Positions 40,601-56,400 of a stretch of DNA of 64,000 nt are shown one piece after another. The stretch comes from Eledone cirrhosa (Eukaryota). The position numbers and the translations under genes were made by a program. The notes below the pieces were generated by a model. It had not been told where the DNA came from. It was given only the letters and a program-made list of their open reading frames with translations, and made no database searches. The stretch is from the NCBI GenBank assembly GCA_964016885.1, contig OZ024744.1, positions 21,018,001 to 21,082,000 of the forward strand, in the 5' to 3' direction. Numbering within the stretch: position 1 is the first letter of the stretch; each line of letters begins with the position of its first letter.

Positions 40601-43600
40601 AACAACAGTTGAATCTTAAGAACTGATTCGTTTTAACAACAGTTCAAACTTAAGAACTGACTCGTTTTAACAACAGTTGAATCTTATGAACTGACTCATT
40701 TTAACAACAGTTGAATCTTAAGATAACATTCGTTTTAACAACAGTTGAATCTTAAGAACTGACTCGTTTTAACAACAGTTGAATCTTAAAGATAAAACTC
40801 GTTTCGACAACAGTTGAATCTTAAGAACTGACTCGTTTTAACAACAGCTGAATCTTAAGATAAAACTCGTTTTAACAACAGTTGAATCTTAAGATAAAAC
40901 TCGTTTTAACAACAGTTGAATCTTAAGAACTGACTCGTTTTAACGACAGCTGAATCTTAAGATAAAACTCGTTTTAACAACAGTTCAAACTTAAGAAATG
41001 ACTCGTTTTAACAACAGTTGAATCTTATGAACTGACTCATTTTAACAACAGTTGAATCTTAAGAACTGATTCGTTTTAACAACAGCTGAATCTTAAGATA
41101 AAACTCGTTTTAACAACAGTTGAATCTTAAGAACTGACTCGTTTTAACAACAGCTGAATCTTAAGATAAAACTCGTTTTAACAACAGTTGAATCTTAAAG
41201 ATAAAACTCGTTTCGACAACAGTTGAATCTTAAGAACTGACTCGTTTTAACAACAGCTGAATCTTAAGATAAAACTCGTTTTAACAACAGTTGAATCTTA
41301 AGATAAAACTCGTTTTAACAACAGTTGAATCTTAAGAACTGACTCGTTTTAACGACAGCTGAATCTTAAGATAAAACTCGTTTTAACAACAGTTCAAACT
41401 TAAGAAATGACTCGTTTTAACAACAGTTGAATCTTATGAACTGACTCATTTTAACAACAGTTGAATCTTAAGAACTGATTCGTTTTAACAACAGCTGAAT
41501 CTTAAGATAAAACTCGTTTTAACAACAGTTGAATCTTAAGAACTGACTCGTTTTAACAACAGCTGAATCTTAAGATAAAACTCGTTTTAACAACAGTTGA
41601 ATCTTAAGAACTGACTCGTTTTAACAACAGCTGAATCTTAAGATAAAACTCGTTTTAACAACAGTTGAATCTTAAGATAAAACTCGTTTTAACAACAGTT
41701 GAATCTTAAGAACTGACTCGTTTTAACAACAGTTGAATCTTAAGATAAAACTCGTTTTAACAACAGTTGAATCTTATGAACTAACTCATTTTAACAACAG
41801 TTGAATCTTAAGTTAAGACTCGTTTTAACAACAGTTGAATCTTAAGAACTGACTCGTTTTAACGACAGCTGAATCTTAAGATAAAACTCGTTTTAACAAC
41901 AGTTGGATCTTAAGAACTGACTCGTTTTAACAACAGTTGAATCTTACGATAAAACTCGTTTTAACAACAGTTGAATCTTATGAACTAACTCATTTTAACA
42001 ACAGTTGAATCTTAAGTTAAGACTCGTTTTAACAACAGTTGAATCTTAAGAACTGACTCGTTTTAACAACAGTTGAATCTTAAGACAAAACCCGTTTTAA
42101 CAACAGTTGAATCTTAAGAACTGTCTCGTTTTAACAACAGTTGAATCTTAAGATAAACCTCGTTTTAACAACAGTTTAATCTTAAGAACTGACTCGTTTT
42201 AACAACAGTTGAATCTTAAGACAAAACTCGTTTTAACAACAGTTGAATCTTAAGAACTGACTTGTTCTAACAACAGTTCAGCCTTAAGAACTGACTCGTT
42301 TTAAAACAGTTGAATCGTTAGAACTGACTCGTTTTAACAACAGTTGAATCTTAAAATAAAACTCGTTTTAACAATAGTTGAATCTCAAGAACTGACTCGT
42401 TTTAGCAACAGTTGAATCTTAAGATAACACTCGTTTTCATAACAGTTGAATCTTAAGAACTGTCTCGTTTTAACAACAGTTGAATTTTAAGATAAACCTC
42501 GTTTTGACAACAGTTGAATCTTAAGAACTGACTCGTTTTAACAACAGTTAAATCTTAATAACTGACTCGTTTTAACAACAGTTGAATGTTAAGATAAAAC
42601 TCGTTTTAACAATAGTTAAATCTTAAGAACTGACTCGTTTTAACAACAGTTGAATCTTAAGATAAAACTCGTTTTAACAACTGTTGAATCTTAAGAACTG
42701 ACTCGTTTTAACAACAGCTGAATCTTAAGATAAAACTCGTTTTAACAACAGTTGAATCTTAAGAACTGACTCGTTTTAACAACAGTTGAATCTTGAAATA
42801 AAACTCGTTTTAACAACAGTTGAATCTTAAGAACTGACTCGTTTTAACAACAGTTGAATGTTAAGATAAAACTCGTTTTAATAATAGTGGAATCTTAAGA
42901 ACTGACTCGTTTTAACAACAGTTGAATCTTAAGATAAAACTCGTTTTAACAACAGTTGAATCTTAAGAACTGACTTGTTTTAACAACAGCTGAATCTTAA
43001 GATAAAACTCGATTTAACAACAGTTCAAACTTAAGAAATGACTCGTTTTAACAAAAGTTGAATCTTATGAACTCACTCATTTTAACAACAGTTGAATCTT
43101 AAGATAACATTCGTTTTAACAACAGTTGAATCTTAAGATAAAACTCGTTTTAACAACAGTTGAATCTTATGAACTAACTCATTTTAACAACAGTTGAATC
43201 TTAAGTTAAGACTCGTTTTAACAACAGTTGAATCTTAAGAACTGACTCGTTTTAACGACAGCTGAATCTTAAGATAAAACTCGTTTTAACAACAGTTGGA
43301 TCTTAAGAACTGACTCGTTTTAACAACAGTTGAATCTTACGATAAAACTCGTTTTAACAACAGTTGAATCTTATGAACTAACTCATTTTAACAACAGTTG
43401 AATCTTAAGTTAAGACTCGTTTTAACAACAGTTGAATCTTAAGAACTGACTCGTTTTAACAACAGTTGAATCTTAAGACAAAACCCGTTTTAACAACAGT
43501 TGAATCTTAAGAACTGTCTCGTTTTAACAACAGTTGAATCTTAAGATAAACCTCGTTTTAACAACAGTTTAATCTTATGAACTAACTCATTTTAACAACA

Positions 43601-45660
43601 GTTGAATCTTAAGTTAAGACTCGTTTTAACAACAGTTGAATCTTAAGAACTGACTCGTTTTAACAACAGTTGAATCTTAAGACAAAACCCGTTTTAACAA
43701 CAGTTGAATCTTAAGAACTGTCTCGTTTTAACAACAGTTGAATCTTAAGATAAACCTCGTTTTAACAACAGTTGAATCTTAAGAACTGACTCGTTTTAAC
43801 AACAGTTGAATCTTAAGACAAAACTCGTTTTAACAACAGTTGAATCTTAAGAACTGACTTGTTCTAACAACAGTTCAGCCTTAAGAACTGACTCGTTTTA
43901 AAACAGTTGAATCGTTAGAACTGACTCGTTTTAACAACAGTTGAATCTTAAAATAAAACTCGTTTTAACAATAGTTGAATCTCAAGAACTGACTCGTTTT
44001 AGCAACAGTTGAATCTTAAGATAACACTCGTTTTCATAACAGTTGAATCTTAAGAACTGTCTCGTTTTAACAACAGTTGAATTTTAAGATAAACCTCGTT
44101 TTGACAACAGTTGAATCTTAAGAACTGACTCGTTTTAACAACAGTTAAATCTTAATAACTGACTCGTTTTAACAACAGTTGAATGTTAAGATAAAACTCG
44201 TTTTAACAATAGTTGAATCTTAAGATAAAACTCGTTTTAACAACAGTTGAATCTTAAGATAACACTCGTTTTCATAACAGTTGAATCTTAAGAACTGACT
44301 CGTTTTAACAACAGCTGAATCTTAAGATAAAACTCGTTTTAACAACAGTTGAATCTTAAGAACTGACTCGTTTTAACAACAGTTGAATCTTCAAATAAAA
44401 CTCGTTTTAACAACAGTTGAATCTTAAGAACTGACTCGTTTTAACAACAGTTGAATGTTAAGATAAAACTCGTTTTAATAATAGTGGAATCTTAAGAACT
44501 GACTCGTTTTAACAACAGTTGAATCTTAAGATAAAACTCGTTTTAACAACAGTTGAATCTTATGAACTCACTCATTTTAACAACAGTTGAATCTTAAGAT
44601 AACATTCGTTTTAACAACAGTTGAATCTTAAGAACTGATTCGTTTTAACAACAGTTGAATCTTAAGATAAAACTCGTTTTAACAACACGTGAATCTTAAG
44701 AACGGACTCGTTTTAACAACACCTGAATCTTAAGATAAAACTCGTTTTAACAACAGTTGAATCTTAAGATAAAACTCGTTTTAACAACAGTTGAATCTTA
44801 AGAACTGACTCGTTTTAACGACAGCTGAATCTTAAGATAAAACTCGTTTTAACAACAGTTCAAACTTAAGAAATGACTCGTTTTAACAACAGTTGAATCT
44901 TATGAACTGACTCATTTTAACAACAGTTGAATCTTAAGAACTGATTCGTTTTAACAACAGCTGAATCTTAAGATAAAACTCGTTTTAACAACAGTTGAAT
45001 CTTAAGAACTGACTCGTTTTAACAACAGCTGAATCTTAAGATAAAACTCGTTTTAACAACAGTTGAATCTTAAGAACTGACTTGTTCTAACAACAGTTCA
45101 GCCTTAAGAACTGACTCGTTTTAAAACAGTTGAATCGTTAGAACTGACTCGTTTTAACAACAGTTGAATCTTAAGATAAAACTCGTTTTAACAACAGTTG
45201 AATCTTAAGAACTGACTCGTTTTAACAACAGTTGAATCTTAAGATAAAACTCGTTTTAACAACAGTTGAATCTTATGAACTAACTCATTTTAACAACAGT
45301 TGAATCTTAAGTTAAGACTCGTTTTAACAACAGTTGAATCTTAAGAACTGACTCGTTTTAACGACAGCTGAATCTTAAGATAAAACTCGTTTTAACAACA
45401 GTTGGATCTTAAGAACTGACTCGTTTTAACAACAGTTGAATCTTACGATAAAACTCGTTTTAACAACAGTTGAATCTTAAGAACTGACTCGTTTTAACGA
45501 CAGCTGAATCTTAAGATAAAACTCGTTTTAACAACAGTTCAAACTTAAGAAATGACTCGTTTTAACAACAGTTGAATCTTATGAACTGACTCATTTTAAC
45601 AACAGTTGAATCTTAAGAACTGATTCGTTTTAACAACAGCTGAATCTTAAGATAAAACTC

Positions 45661-48600
45661 GTTTTAACAACAGTTGAATCTTAAGAACTGACTCGTTTTA
45701 ACAACAGCTGAATCTTAAGATAAAACTCGTTTTAACAACAGTTGAATCTTAAGATAAAACTCGTTTTAACAACAGTTGAATCTTAAGAACTGACTCGTTT
45801 TAACAACAGTTGAATCTTAAGTTAAGACTCGTTTTAACAACAGTTGAATCTTAAGAACTGACTCGTTTTAACGACAGCTGAATCTTAAGATAAAACTCGT
45901 TTTAACAACAGTTGGATCTTAAGAACTGACTCATTTTAACAACAGTTGAATCTTACGATAAAACTCGTTTTAACAACAGTTGAATCTTATGAACTAACTC
46001 ATTTTAACAACAGTTGAATCTTAAGTTAAGACTCGTTTTAACAACAGTTGAATCTTAAGAACTGACTCGTTTTAACAACAGTTGAATCTTAAGATAAAAC
46101 TCGTTTTAACAACAGTTGAATCTTATGAACTAACTCATTTTAACAACAGTTGAATCTTAAGTTAAGACTCGTTTTAACAACAGTTGAATCTTAAGAACTG
46201 ACTCGTTTTAACGACAGCTGAATCTTAAGATAAAACTCGTTTTAACAACAGTTGGATCTTAAGAACTGACTCGTTTTAACAACAGTTGAATCTTACGATA
46301 AAACTCGTTTTAACAACAGTTGAATCTTATGAACTAACTCATTTTAACAACAGTTGAATCTTAAGTTAAGACTCGTTTTAACAACAGTTGAATATTAAGA
46401 CAAAACCCGTTTTAACAACAGTTGAATCTTAAGAACTGTCTCGTTTTAACAACAGTTGAATCTTAAGATAAACCTCGTTTTAACAACAGTTTAATCTTAA
46501 GAACTGACTCGTTTTAACAACAGTTGAATCTTAAGACAAAACTCGTTTTAACAACAGTTGAATCTTAAGAACTGACTTGTTCTAACAACAGTTCAGCCTT
46601 AAGAACTGACTCGTTTTAAAACAGTTGAATCGTAAGAACTGACTCGTTTTAACAACAGTTGAATCTTAAAATAAAACTCGTTTTAACAATAGTTGAATCT
46701 CAAGAACTGACTCGTTTTAGCAACAGTTGAATCTTAAGATAACACTCGTTTTCATAACAGTTGAATCTTAAGAACTGTCTCGTTTTAACAACAGTTGAAC
46801 TTTAAGATAAACCTCGTTTTGACAACAGTTGAATCTTAAGAACTGACTCGTTTTAACAACATTTAAATCTTAATAACTGACTCGTTTTAACAACAGTTGA
46901 ATGTTAAGATAAAACTCGTTTTAACAATAGTTGAATCTTAAGATAAAACTCGTTTTAACAACAGTTCAAACTTAAGAAATGACTCGTTTTAACAACAGTT
47001 GAATCTTATGAACTGACTCATTTTAACAACAGTTGAATCCTAAGAACTGATTCGTTTTAACAACAGTTGAATCTTAAGATAAAACTCGTTTTAACAACAG
47101 TTGAATCTTAAGAACTGACTCGTTTTAACAACAGCTGAATCTTAAGATAAAACTCGTTTTAACAACAGTTCAAACTTAAGAAATGACTCGTTTTAAGAAA
47201 AGTTGAATCTTATGAACTCACTCATTTTAACAACAGTTGAATCTTAAGATAACATTCGTTTTAACAACAGTTGAATCTTAAGAACTGATTCGTTTTAACA
47301 ACAGTTGAATCTTAAGATAAAACTCGTTTTAACAACAGTTGAATCTTAAGAACGGACTTGTTTTAACAACAGCTGAATCTTAAGATAAAACTCGTTTTAA
47401 CAACAGTTGAATCTTAAGAACTGATTCGTTTTAACAACAGTTCAAACTTAAGAACTGATTCGTTTTAACAACAGTTGAATCTTATGAACTGACTCATTTT
47501 AACAACAGTTGAATCTTAAGATAACATTCGTTTTAACAACAGTTGAATCTTAAGAACTGACTCGTTTTAACAACAGTTGAATCTTAAGATAAAACTCGTT
47601 TTAACAACAGTTGAATCTTAAGAACTGACTCGTTTTAACGACAGCTGAATCTTAAGATAAATCTCGTTTTAACAACAGTTGAATCTTAAAGATAAAACTC
47701 GCTTTAACAACAGTTGAATCTTAAGAACTGACTCGTTTTAACAACAGTTGAATCTTAAGACAAAATCCGTTTTAACAACAGTTGAATATTAAGAACTGTC
47801 TCGTTTTAACAACAGTTGAATGTTAAGATAAAACTCGTTTTAACAATAGTTGTATCTTAAGAACTGACTCGTTTTAACAACAGTTGAATCTTCAAATAAA
47901 ACTCGTTTTAACAACAGTTGAATCTTAAGAACTGACTCGTTTTAACAACAGTTGAATGTTAAGATAAAACTCGTTTTAACAATAGTGGAATCTTAAGAAC
48001 TGATTCGTTTTAACAACAGTTGAATCTTAAGATAAAACTCGTTTTAACAACAGTTGAATCTTAAGAACTGACTCGTTTTAACGACAGATGAATCTTAAGA
48101 TAAAACTCGTTTTAACAACAGTTCAAACTTAAGAAATGACTCGTTTTAACAACAGTTGAATCTTATGAACTGACTCATTTTAACAACAGTTGAATCTTAA
48201 GAACTGATTCGTTTTAACAACAGTTGAATCTTAAGATAAAACTCGTTTTAACAACAGTTGAATCTTAAGTACTGACTCGTTTTAACAACAGCTGAATCTT
48301 AAGATAAAACTCGTTTTAACAACAGTTGATTCTTAAGAACTGACTCGATTTAACAACAGCTGAATCTTAAGATAAAACTCGTTTTAACAACAGTTGAATC
48401 TTAAGATAAAACTCGTTTTAACAACAGTTGAATCTTAAGAACTGACTCGTTTTAACAACAGTTGAATCTTAAGATAAAACTCGTTTTAACAACAGTTGAA
48501 TCTTATGAACTAACTCATTTTAACAACAGTTGAATCTTAAGTTAAGACTCGTTTTAACAACAGTTGAATCTTAAGAACTGACTCGTTTTAACGACAGCTG

Positions 48601-51600
48601 AATCTTAAGATAAAACTCGTTTTAACAACAGTTGGATCTTAAGAACTGACTCGTTTTAACAACAGTTGAATCTTACGATGAAACTCGTTTTAACAACAGT
48701 TGAATCTTATGAACTAACTCATTTTAACAACAGTTGAATCTTAAGTTAAGACTCGTTTTAACAACAGTTGAATCTTAAGAACTGACTCGTTTTAACAACA
48801 GTTGAATCTTAAGACAAAACCCGTTCTAACAACAGTTGAATCTTAAGAACTGTCTCGTTTTAACAACAGTTGAATCTTAAGATAAACCTCGTTTTAACAA
48901 CAGTTTAATCTTAAGAACTGACTCGTTTTAACAACAGTTGAATCTTAAGACAAAACTCGTTTTAACAACAGTTGAATCTTAAGAACTGACTTGTTCTAAC
49001 AACAGTTCAGCCTTAAGAACTGACTCGTTTTAAAACAGTTGAATCGTTAGAACTGACTCGTTTTAACAACAGTTGAATCTTAAAATAAAACTCGTTTTAA
49101 CAATAGTTGAATCTCAAGAACTGACTCGTTTTAGCAACTGTTGAATCTTAAGATAACACTCGTTTTCATAACAGTTGAATCTTAAGAACTGTCTCGTTTT
49201 AACAACAGTTGAATTTTAAGATAAACCTCGTTTTGACAACAGTTGAATCTTAAGAACTGACTCGTTTTAACAACAGTTAAATCTTAATAACTGACTCGTT
49301 TTAACAACAGTTGAATGTTAAGATAAAACTCGTTTTAACAATAGTTGAATCTTAAGAACTGACTCGTTTTAACAACAGTTGAATCTTAAGATAAAACTCG
49401 TTTTAACAACTGTTGAATCTTAAGAACTGACTCGTTTTAACAACAGTTGAATGTTAAGATAAAACTCGTTTTAACAATAGTGGAATCTTAAGAACTGACT
49501 CGTTTTAACAACAATTGAATCTTAAGATAAAACTTGTTTTAACAACAGTTGAATCTTAAGAACTGACTCGTTTTAACAACAGCTGAATCTTAAGATAAAA
49601 CTCGTTTTAACAACAGTTGAATCTTAAGATAAAACTCGTTTTAACAACAGTTGAATCTTAAGAACTGACTCGTTTTAACAACAGTTGAATCTTAAGTTAA
49701 GACTCGTTTTAACAACAGTTGAATCTTAAGAACTGACTCGTTTTAACGACAGCTGAATCTTAAGATAAAACTCGTTTTAACAACAGTTGGATCTTAAGAA
49801 CTGACTCATTTTAACAACAGTTGAATCTTACGATAAAACTCGTTTTAACAACAGTTGAATCTTATGAACTAACTCATTTTAACAACAGTTGAATCTTAAG
49901 TTAAGACTCGTTTTAACAACAGTTGAATCTTAAGAACTGACTCGTTTTAACAACAGTTGAATCTTAAGATAAAACTCGTTTTAACAACAGTTGAATCTTA
50001 TGAACTAACTCATTTTAACAACAGTTGAATCTTAAGTTAAGACTCGTTTTAACAACAGTTGAATCTTAAGAACTGACTCGTTTTAACGACAGCTGAATCT
50101 TAAGATAAAACTCGTTTTAACAACAGTTGGATCTTAAGAACTGACTCGTTTTAACAACAGTTGAATCTTACGATAAAACTCGTTTTAACAACAGTTGAAT
50201 CTTATGAACTAACTCATTTTAACAACAGTTGAATCTTAAGTTAAGACTCGTTTTAACAACAGTTGAATATTAAGACAAAACCCGTTTTAACAACAGTTGA
50301 ATCTTAAGAACTGTCTCGTTTTAACAACAGTTGAATCTTAAGATAAACCTCGTTTTAACAACAGTTTAATCTTAAGAACTGACTCGTTTTAACAACAGTT
50401 GAATCTTAAGACAAAACTCGTTTTAACAACAGTTGAATCTTAAGAACTGACTTGTTCTAACAACAGTTCAGCCTTAAGAACTGACTCGTTTTAAAACAGT
50501 TGAATCGTAAGAACTGACTCGTTTTAACAACAGTTGAATCTTAAAATAAAACTCGTTTTAACAATAGTTGAATCTCAAGAACTGACTCGTTTTAGCAACA
50601 GTTGAATCTTAAGATAACACTCGTTTTCATAACAGTTGAATCTTAAGAACTGTCTCGTTTTAACAACAGTTGAACTTTAAGATAAACCTCGTTTTGACAA
50701 CAGTTGAATCTTAAGAACTGACTCGTTTTAACAACATTTAAATCTTAATAACTGACTCGTTTTAACAACAGTTGAATGTTAAGATAAAACTCGTTTTAAC
50801 AATAGTTGAATCTTAAGATAAAACTCGTTTTAACAACAGTTCAAACTTAAGAAATGACTCGTTTTAACAACAGTTGAATCTTATGAACTGACTCATTTTA
50901 ACAACAGTTGAATCCTAAGAACTGATTCGTTTTAACAACAGTTGAATCTTAAGATAAAACTCGTTTTAACAACAGTTGAATCTTAAGAACTGACTCGTTT
51001 TAACAACAGCTGAATCTTAAGATAAAACTCGTTTTAACAACAGTTCAAACTTAAGAAATGACTCGTTTTAAGAAAAGTTGAATCTTATGAACTCACTCAT
51101 TTTAACAACAGTTGAATCTTAAGATAACATTCGTTTTAACAACAGTTGAATCTTAAGAACTGATTCGTTTTAACAACAGTTGAATCTTAAGATAAAACTC
51201 GTTTTAACAACAGTTGAATCTTAAGAACGGACTTGTTTTAACAACAGCTGAATCTTAAGATAAAACTCGTTTTAACAACAGTTGAATCTTAAGAACTGAT
51301 TCGTTTTAACAACAGTTCAAACTTAAGAACTGATTCGTTTTAACAACAGTTGAATCTTATGAACTGACTCATTTTAACAACAGTTGAATCTTAAGATAAC
51401 ATTCGTTTTAACAACAGTTGAATCTTAAGAACTGACTCGTTTTAACAACAGTTGAATCTTAAGATAAAACTCGTTTTAACAACAGTTGAATCTTAAGAAC
51501 TGACTCGTTTTAACGACAGCTGAATCTTAAGATAAATCTCGTTTTAACAACAGTTGAATCTTAAAGATAAAACTCGCTTTAACAACAGTTGAATCTTAAG

Positions 51601-53493
51601 AACTGACTCGTTTTAACAACAGTTGAATCTTAAGACAAAATCCGTTTTAACAACAGTTGAATATTAAGAACTGTCTCGTTTTAACAACAGTTGAATGTTA
51701 AGATAAAACTCGTTTTAACAATAGTTGTATCTTAAGAACTGACTCGTTTTAACAACAGTTGAATCTTCAAATAAAACTCGTTTTAACAACAGTTGAATCT
51801 TAAGAACTGACTCGTTTTAACAACAGTTGAATGTTAAGATAAAACTCGTTTTAACAATAGTGGAATCTTAAGAACTGATTCGTTTTAACAACAGTTGAAT
51901 CTTAAGATAAAACTCGTTTTAACAACAGTTGAATCTTAAGAACTGACTCGTTTTAACGACAGATGAATCTTAAGATAAAACTCGTTTTAACAACAGTTCA
52001 AACTTAAGAAATGACTCGTTTTAACAACAGTTGAATCTTATGAACTGACTCATTTTAACAACAGTTGAATCTTAAGAACTGATTCGTTTTAACAACAGTT
52101 GAATCTTAAGATAAAACTCGTTTTAACAACAGTTGAATCTTAAGTACTGACTCGTTTTAACAACAGCTGAATCTTAAGATAAAACTCGTTTTAACAACAG
52201 TTGATTCTTAAGAACTGACTCGATTTAACAACAGCTGAATCTTAAGATAAAACTCGTTTTAACAACAGTTGAATCTTAAGATAAAACTCGTTTTAACAAC
52301 AGTTGAATCTTAAGAACTGACTCGTTTTAACAACAGTTGAATCTTAAGATAAAACTCGTTTTAACAACAGTTGAATCTTATGAACTAACTCATTTTAACA
52401 ACAGTTGAATCTTAAGTTAAGACTCGTTTTAACAACAGTTGAATCTTAAGAACTGACTCGTTTTAACGACAGCTGAATCTTAAGATAAAACTCGTTTTAA
52501 CAACAGTTGGATCTTAAGAACTGACTCGTTTTAACAACAGTTGAATCTTACGATGAAACTCGTTTTAACAACAGTTGAATCTTATGAACTAACTCATTTT
52601 AACAACAGTTGAATCTTAAGTTAAGACTCGTTTTAACAACAGTTGAATCTTAAGAACTGACTCGTTTTAACAACAGTTGAATCTTAAGACAAAACCCGTT
52701 CTAACAACAGTTGAATCTTAAGAACTGTCTCGTTTTAACAACAGTTGAATCTTAAGATAAACCTCGTTTTAACAACAGTTTAATCTTAAGAACTGACTCG
52801 TTTTAACAACAGTTGAATCTTAAGACAAAACTCGTTTTAACAACAGTTGAATCTTAAGAACTGACTTGTTCTAACAACAGTTCAGCCTTAAGAACTGACT
52901 CGTTTTAAAACAGTTGAATCGTTAGAACTGACTCGTTTTAACAACAGTTGAATCTTAAAATAAAACTCGTTTTAACAATAGTTGAATCTCAAGAACTGAC
53001 TCGTTTTAGCAACTGTTGAATCTTAAGATAACACTCGTTTTCATAACAGTTGAATCTTAAGAACTGTCTCGTTTTAACAACAGTTGAATTTTAAGATAAA
53101 CCTCGTTTTGACAACAGTTGAATCTTAAGAACTGACTCGTTTTAACAACAGTTAAATCTTAATAACTGACTCGTTTTAACAACAGTTGAATGTTAAGATA
53201 AAACTCGTTTTAACAATAGTTGAATCTTAAGAACTGACTCGTTTTAACAACAGTTGAATCTTAAGATAAAACTCGTTTTAACAACTGTTGAATCTTAAGA
53301 ACTGACTCGTTTTAACAACAGTTGAATGTTAAGATAAAACTCGTTTTAACAATAGTGGAATCTTAAGAACTGACTCGTTTTAACAACAATTGAATCTTAA
53401 GATAAAACTTGTTTTAACAACAGTTGAATCTTAAGAACTGACTCGTTTTAACAACAGCTGAATCTTAAGATAAAACTCGTTTTAACAACAGTT
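45661..53493. repeat. Near-perfect tandem duplication, period 3875 bp (114 monomers, net -1 bp)
   Basis: AGCC markers at 46595/50470 and 49009/52884. Private variant CGTAAGAAC at 46631/50506. ACAATTG at 49511/53386. Confidence 0.92.
46595..49008. repeat. Representative 71-monomer (2414-bp) higher-order repeat unit
   Basis: The same variant order and the same 2414-bp length recur at 50470-52883 and 57063-59476. Deletion derivatives occur at 25584-27963 (70-mer) and 37485-39762 (67-mer). Confidence 0.88.
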
Positions 53494-53494
53494 T

Positions 53495-56400
53495 AAACTT
53501 AAGAAATGACTCGTTTTAACAAAAGTTGAATCTTATGAACTCACTCATTTTAACAACAGTTGAATCTTAAGATAACATTCGTTTTAACAACAGTTGAATC
53601 TTAAGATAAAACTCGTTTTAACAACAGTTGAATCTTATGAACTAACTCATTTTAACAACAGTTGAATCTTAAGTTAAGACTCGTTTTAACAACAGTTGAA
53701 TCTTAAGAACTGACTCGTTTTAACGACAGCTGAATCTTAAGATAAAACTCGTTTTAACAACAGTTGGATCTTAAGAACTGACTCGTTTTAACAACAGTTG
53801 AATCTTACGATAAAACTCGTTTTAACAACAGTTGAATCTTATGAACTAACTCATTTTAACAACAGTTGAATCTTAAGTTAAGACTCGTTTTAACAACAGT
53901 TGAATCTTAAGAACTGACTCGTTTTAACAACAGTTGAATCTTAAGACAAAACCCGTTTTAACAACAGTTGAATCTTAAGAACTGTCTCGTTTTAACAACA
54001 GTTGAATCTTAAGATAAACCTCGTTTTAACAACAGTTTAATCTTATGAACTAACTCATTTTAACAACAGTTGAATCTTAAGTTAAGACTCGTTTTAACAA
54101 CAGTTGAATCTTAAGAACTGACTCGTTTTAACAACAGTTGAATCTTAAGACAAAACCCGTTTTAACAACAGTTGAATCTTAAGAACTGTCTCGTTTTAAC
54201 AACAGTTGAATCTTAAGATAAACCTCGTTTTAACAACAGTTGAATCTTAAGAACTGACTCGTTTTAACAACAGTTGAATCTTAAGACAAAACTCGTTTTA
54301 ACAACAGTTGAATCTTAAGAACTGACTTGTTCTAACAACAGTTCAGCCTTAAGAACTGACTCGTTTTAAAACAGTTGAATCGTTAGAACTGACTCGTTTT
54401 AACAACAGTTGAATCTTAAAATAAAACTCGTTTTAACAATAGTTGAATCTCAAGAACTGACTCGTTTTAGCAACAGTTGAATCTTAAGATAACACTCGTT
54501 TTCATAACAGTTGAATCTTAAGAACTGTCTCGTTTTAACAACAGTTGAATTTTAAGATAAACCTCGTTTTGACAACAGTTGAATCTTAAGAACTGACTCG
54601 TTTTAACAACAGTTAAATCTTAATAACTGACTCGTTTTAACAACAGTTGAATGTTAAGATAAAACTCGTTTTAACAATAGTTGAATCTTAAGATAAAACT
54701 CGTTTTAACAACAGTTGAATCTTAAGATAACACTCGTTTTCATAACAGTTGAATCTTAAGAACTGACTCGTTTTAACAACAGCTGAATCTTAAGATAAAA
54801 CTCGTTTTAACAACAGTTGAATCTTAAGAACTGACTCGTTTTAACAACAGTTGAATCTTCAAATAAAACTCGTTTTAACAACAGTTGAATCTTAAGAACT
54901 GACTCGTTTTAACAACAGTTGAATGTTAAGATAAAACTCGTTTTAATAATAGTGGAATCTTAAGAACTGACTCGTTTTAACAACAGTTGAATCTTAAGAT
55001 AAAACTCGTTTTAACAACAGTTGAATCTTATGAACTCACTCATTTTAACAACAGTTGAATCTTAAGATAACATTCGTTTTAACAACAGTTGAATCTTAAG
55101 AACTGATTCGTTTTAACAACAGTTGAATCTTAAGATAAAACTCGTTTTAACAACACGTGAATCTTAAGAACGGACTCGTTTTAACAACACCTGAATCTTA
55201 AGATAAAACTCGTTTTAACAACAGTTGAATCTTAAGATAAAACTCGTTTTAACAACAGTTGAATCTTAAGAACTGACTCGTTTTAACGACAGCTGAATCT
55301 TAAGATAAAACTCGTTTTAACAACAGTTCAAACTTAAGAAATGACTCGTTTTAACAACAGTTGAATCTTATGAACTGACTCATTTTAACAACAGTTGAAT
55401 CTTAAGAACTGATTCGTTTTAACAACAGCTGAATCTTAAGATAAAACTCGTTTTAACAACAGTTGAATCTTAAGAACTGACTCGTTTTAACAACAGCTGA
55501 ATCTTAAGATAAAACTCGTTTTAACAACAGTTGAATCTTAAGAACTGACTTGTTCTAACAACAGTTCAGCCTTAAGAACTGACTCGTTTTAAAACAGTTG
55601 AATCGTTAGAACTGACTCGTTTTAACAACAGTTGAATCTTAAGATAAAACTCGTTTTAACAACAGTTGAATCTTAAGAACTGACTCGTTTTAACAACAGT
55701 TGAATCTTAAGATAAAACTCGTTTTAACAACAGTTGAATCTTATGAACTAACTCATTTTAACAACAGTTGAATCTTAAGTTAAGACTCGTTTTAACAACA
55801 GTTGAATCTTAAGAACTGACTCGTTTTAACGACAGCTGAATCTTAAGATAAAACTCGTTTTAACAACAGTTGGATCTTAAGAACTGACTCGTTTTAACAA
55901 CAGTTGAATCTTACGATAAAACTCGTTTTAACAACAGTTGAATCTTAAGAACTGACTCGTTTTAACGACAGCTGAATCTTAAGATAAAACTCGTTTTAAC
56001 AACAGTTCAAACTTAAGAAATGACTCGTTTTAACAACAGTTGAATCTTATGAACTGACTCATTTTAACAACAGTTGAATCTTAAGAACTGATTCGTTTTA
56101 ACAACAGCTGAATCTTAAGATAAAACTCGTTTTAACAACAGTTGAATCTTAAGAACTGACTCGTTTTAACAACAGCTGAATCTTAAGATAAAACTCGTTT
56201 TAACAACAGTTGAATCTTAAGATAAAACTCGTTTTAACAACAGTTGAATCTTAAGAACTGACTCGTTTTAACAACAGTTGAATCTTAAGTTAAGACTCGT
56301 TTTAACAACAGTTGAATCTTAAGAACTGACTCGTTTTAACGACAGCTGAATCTTAAGATAAAACTCGTTTTAACAACAGTTGGATCTTAAGAACTGACTC

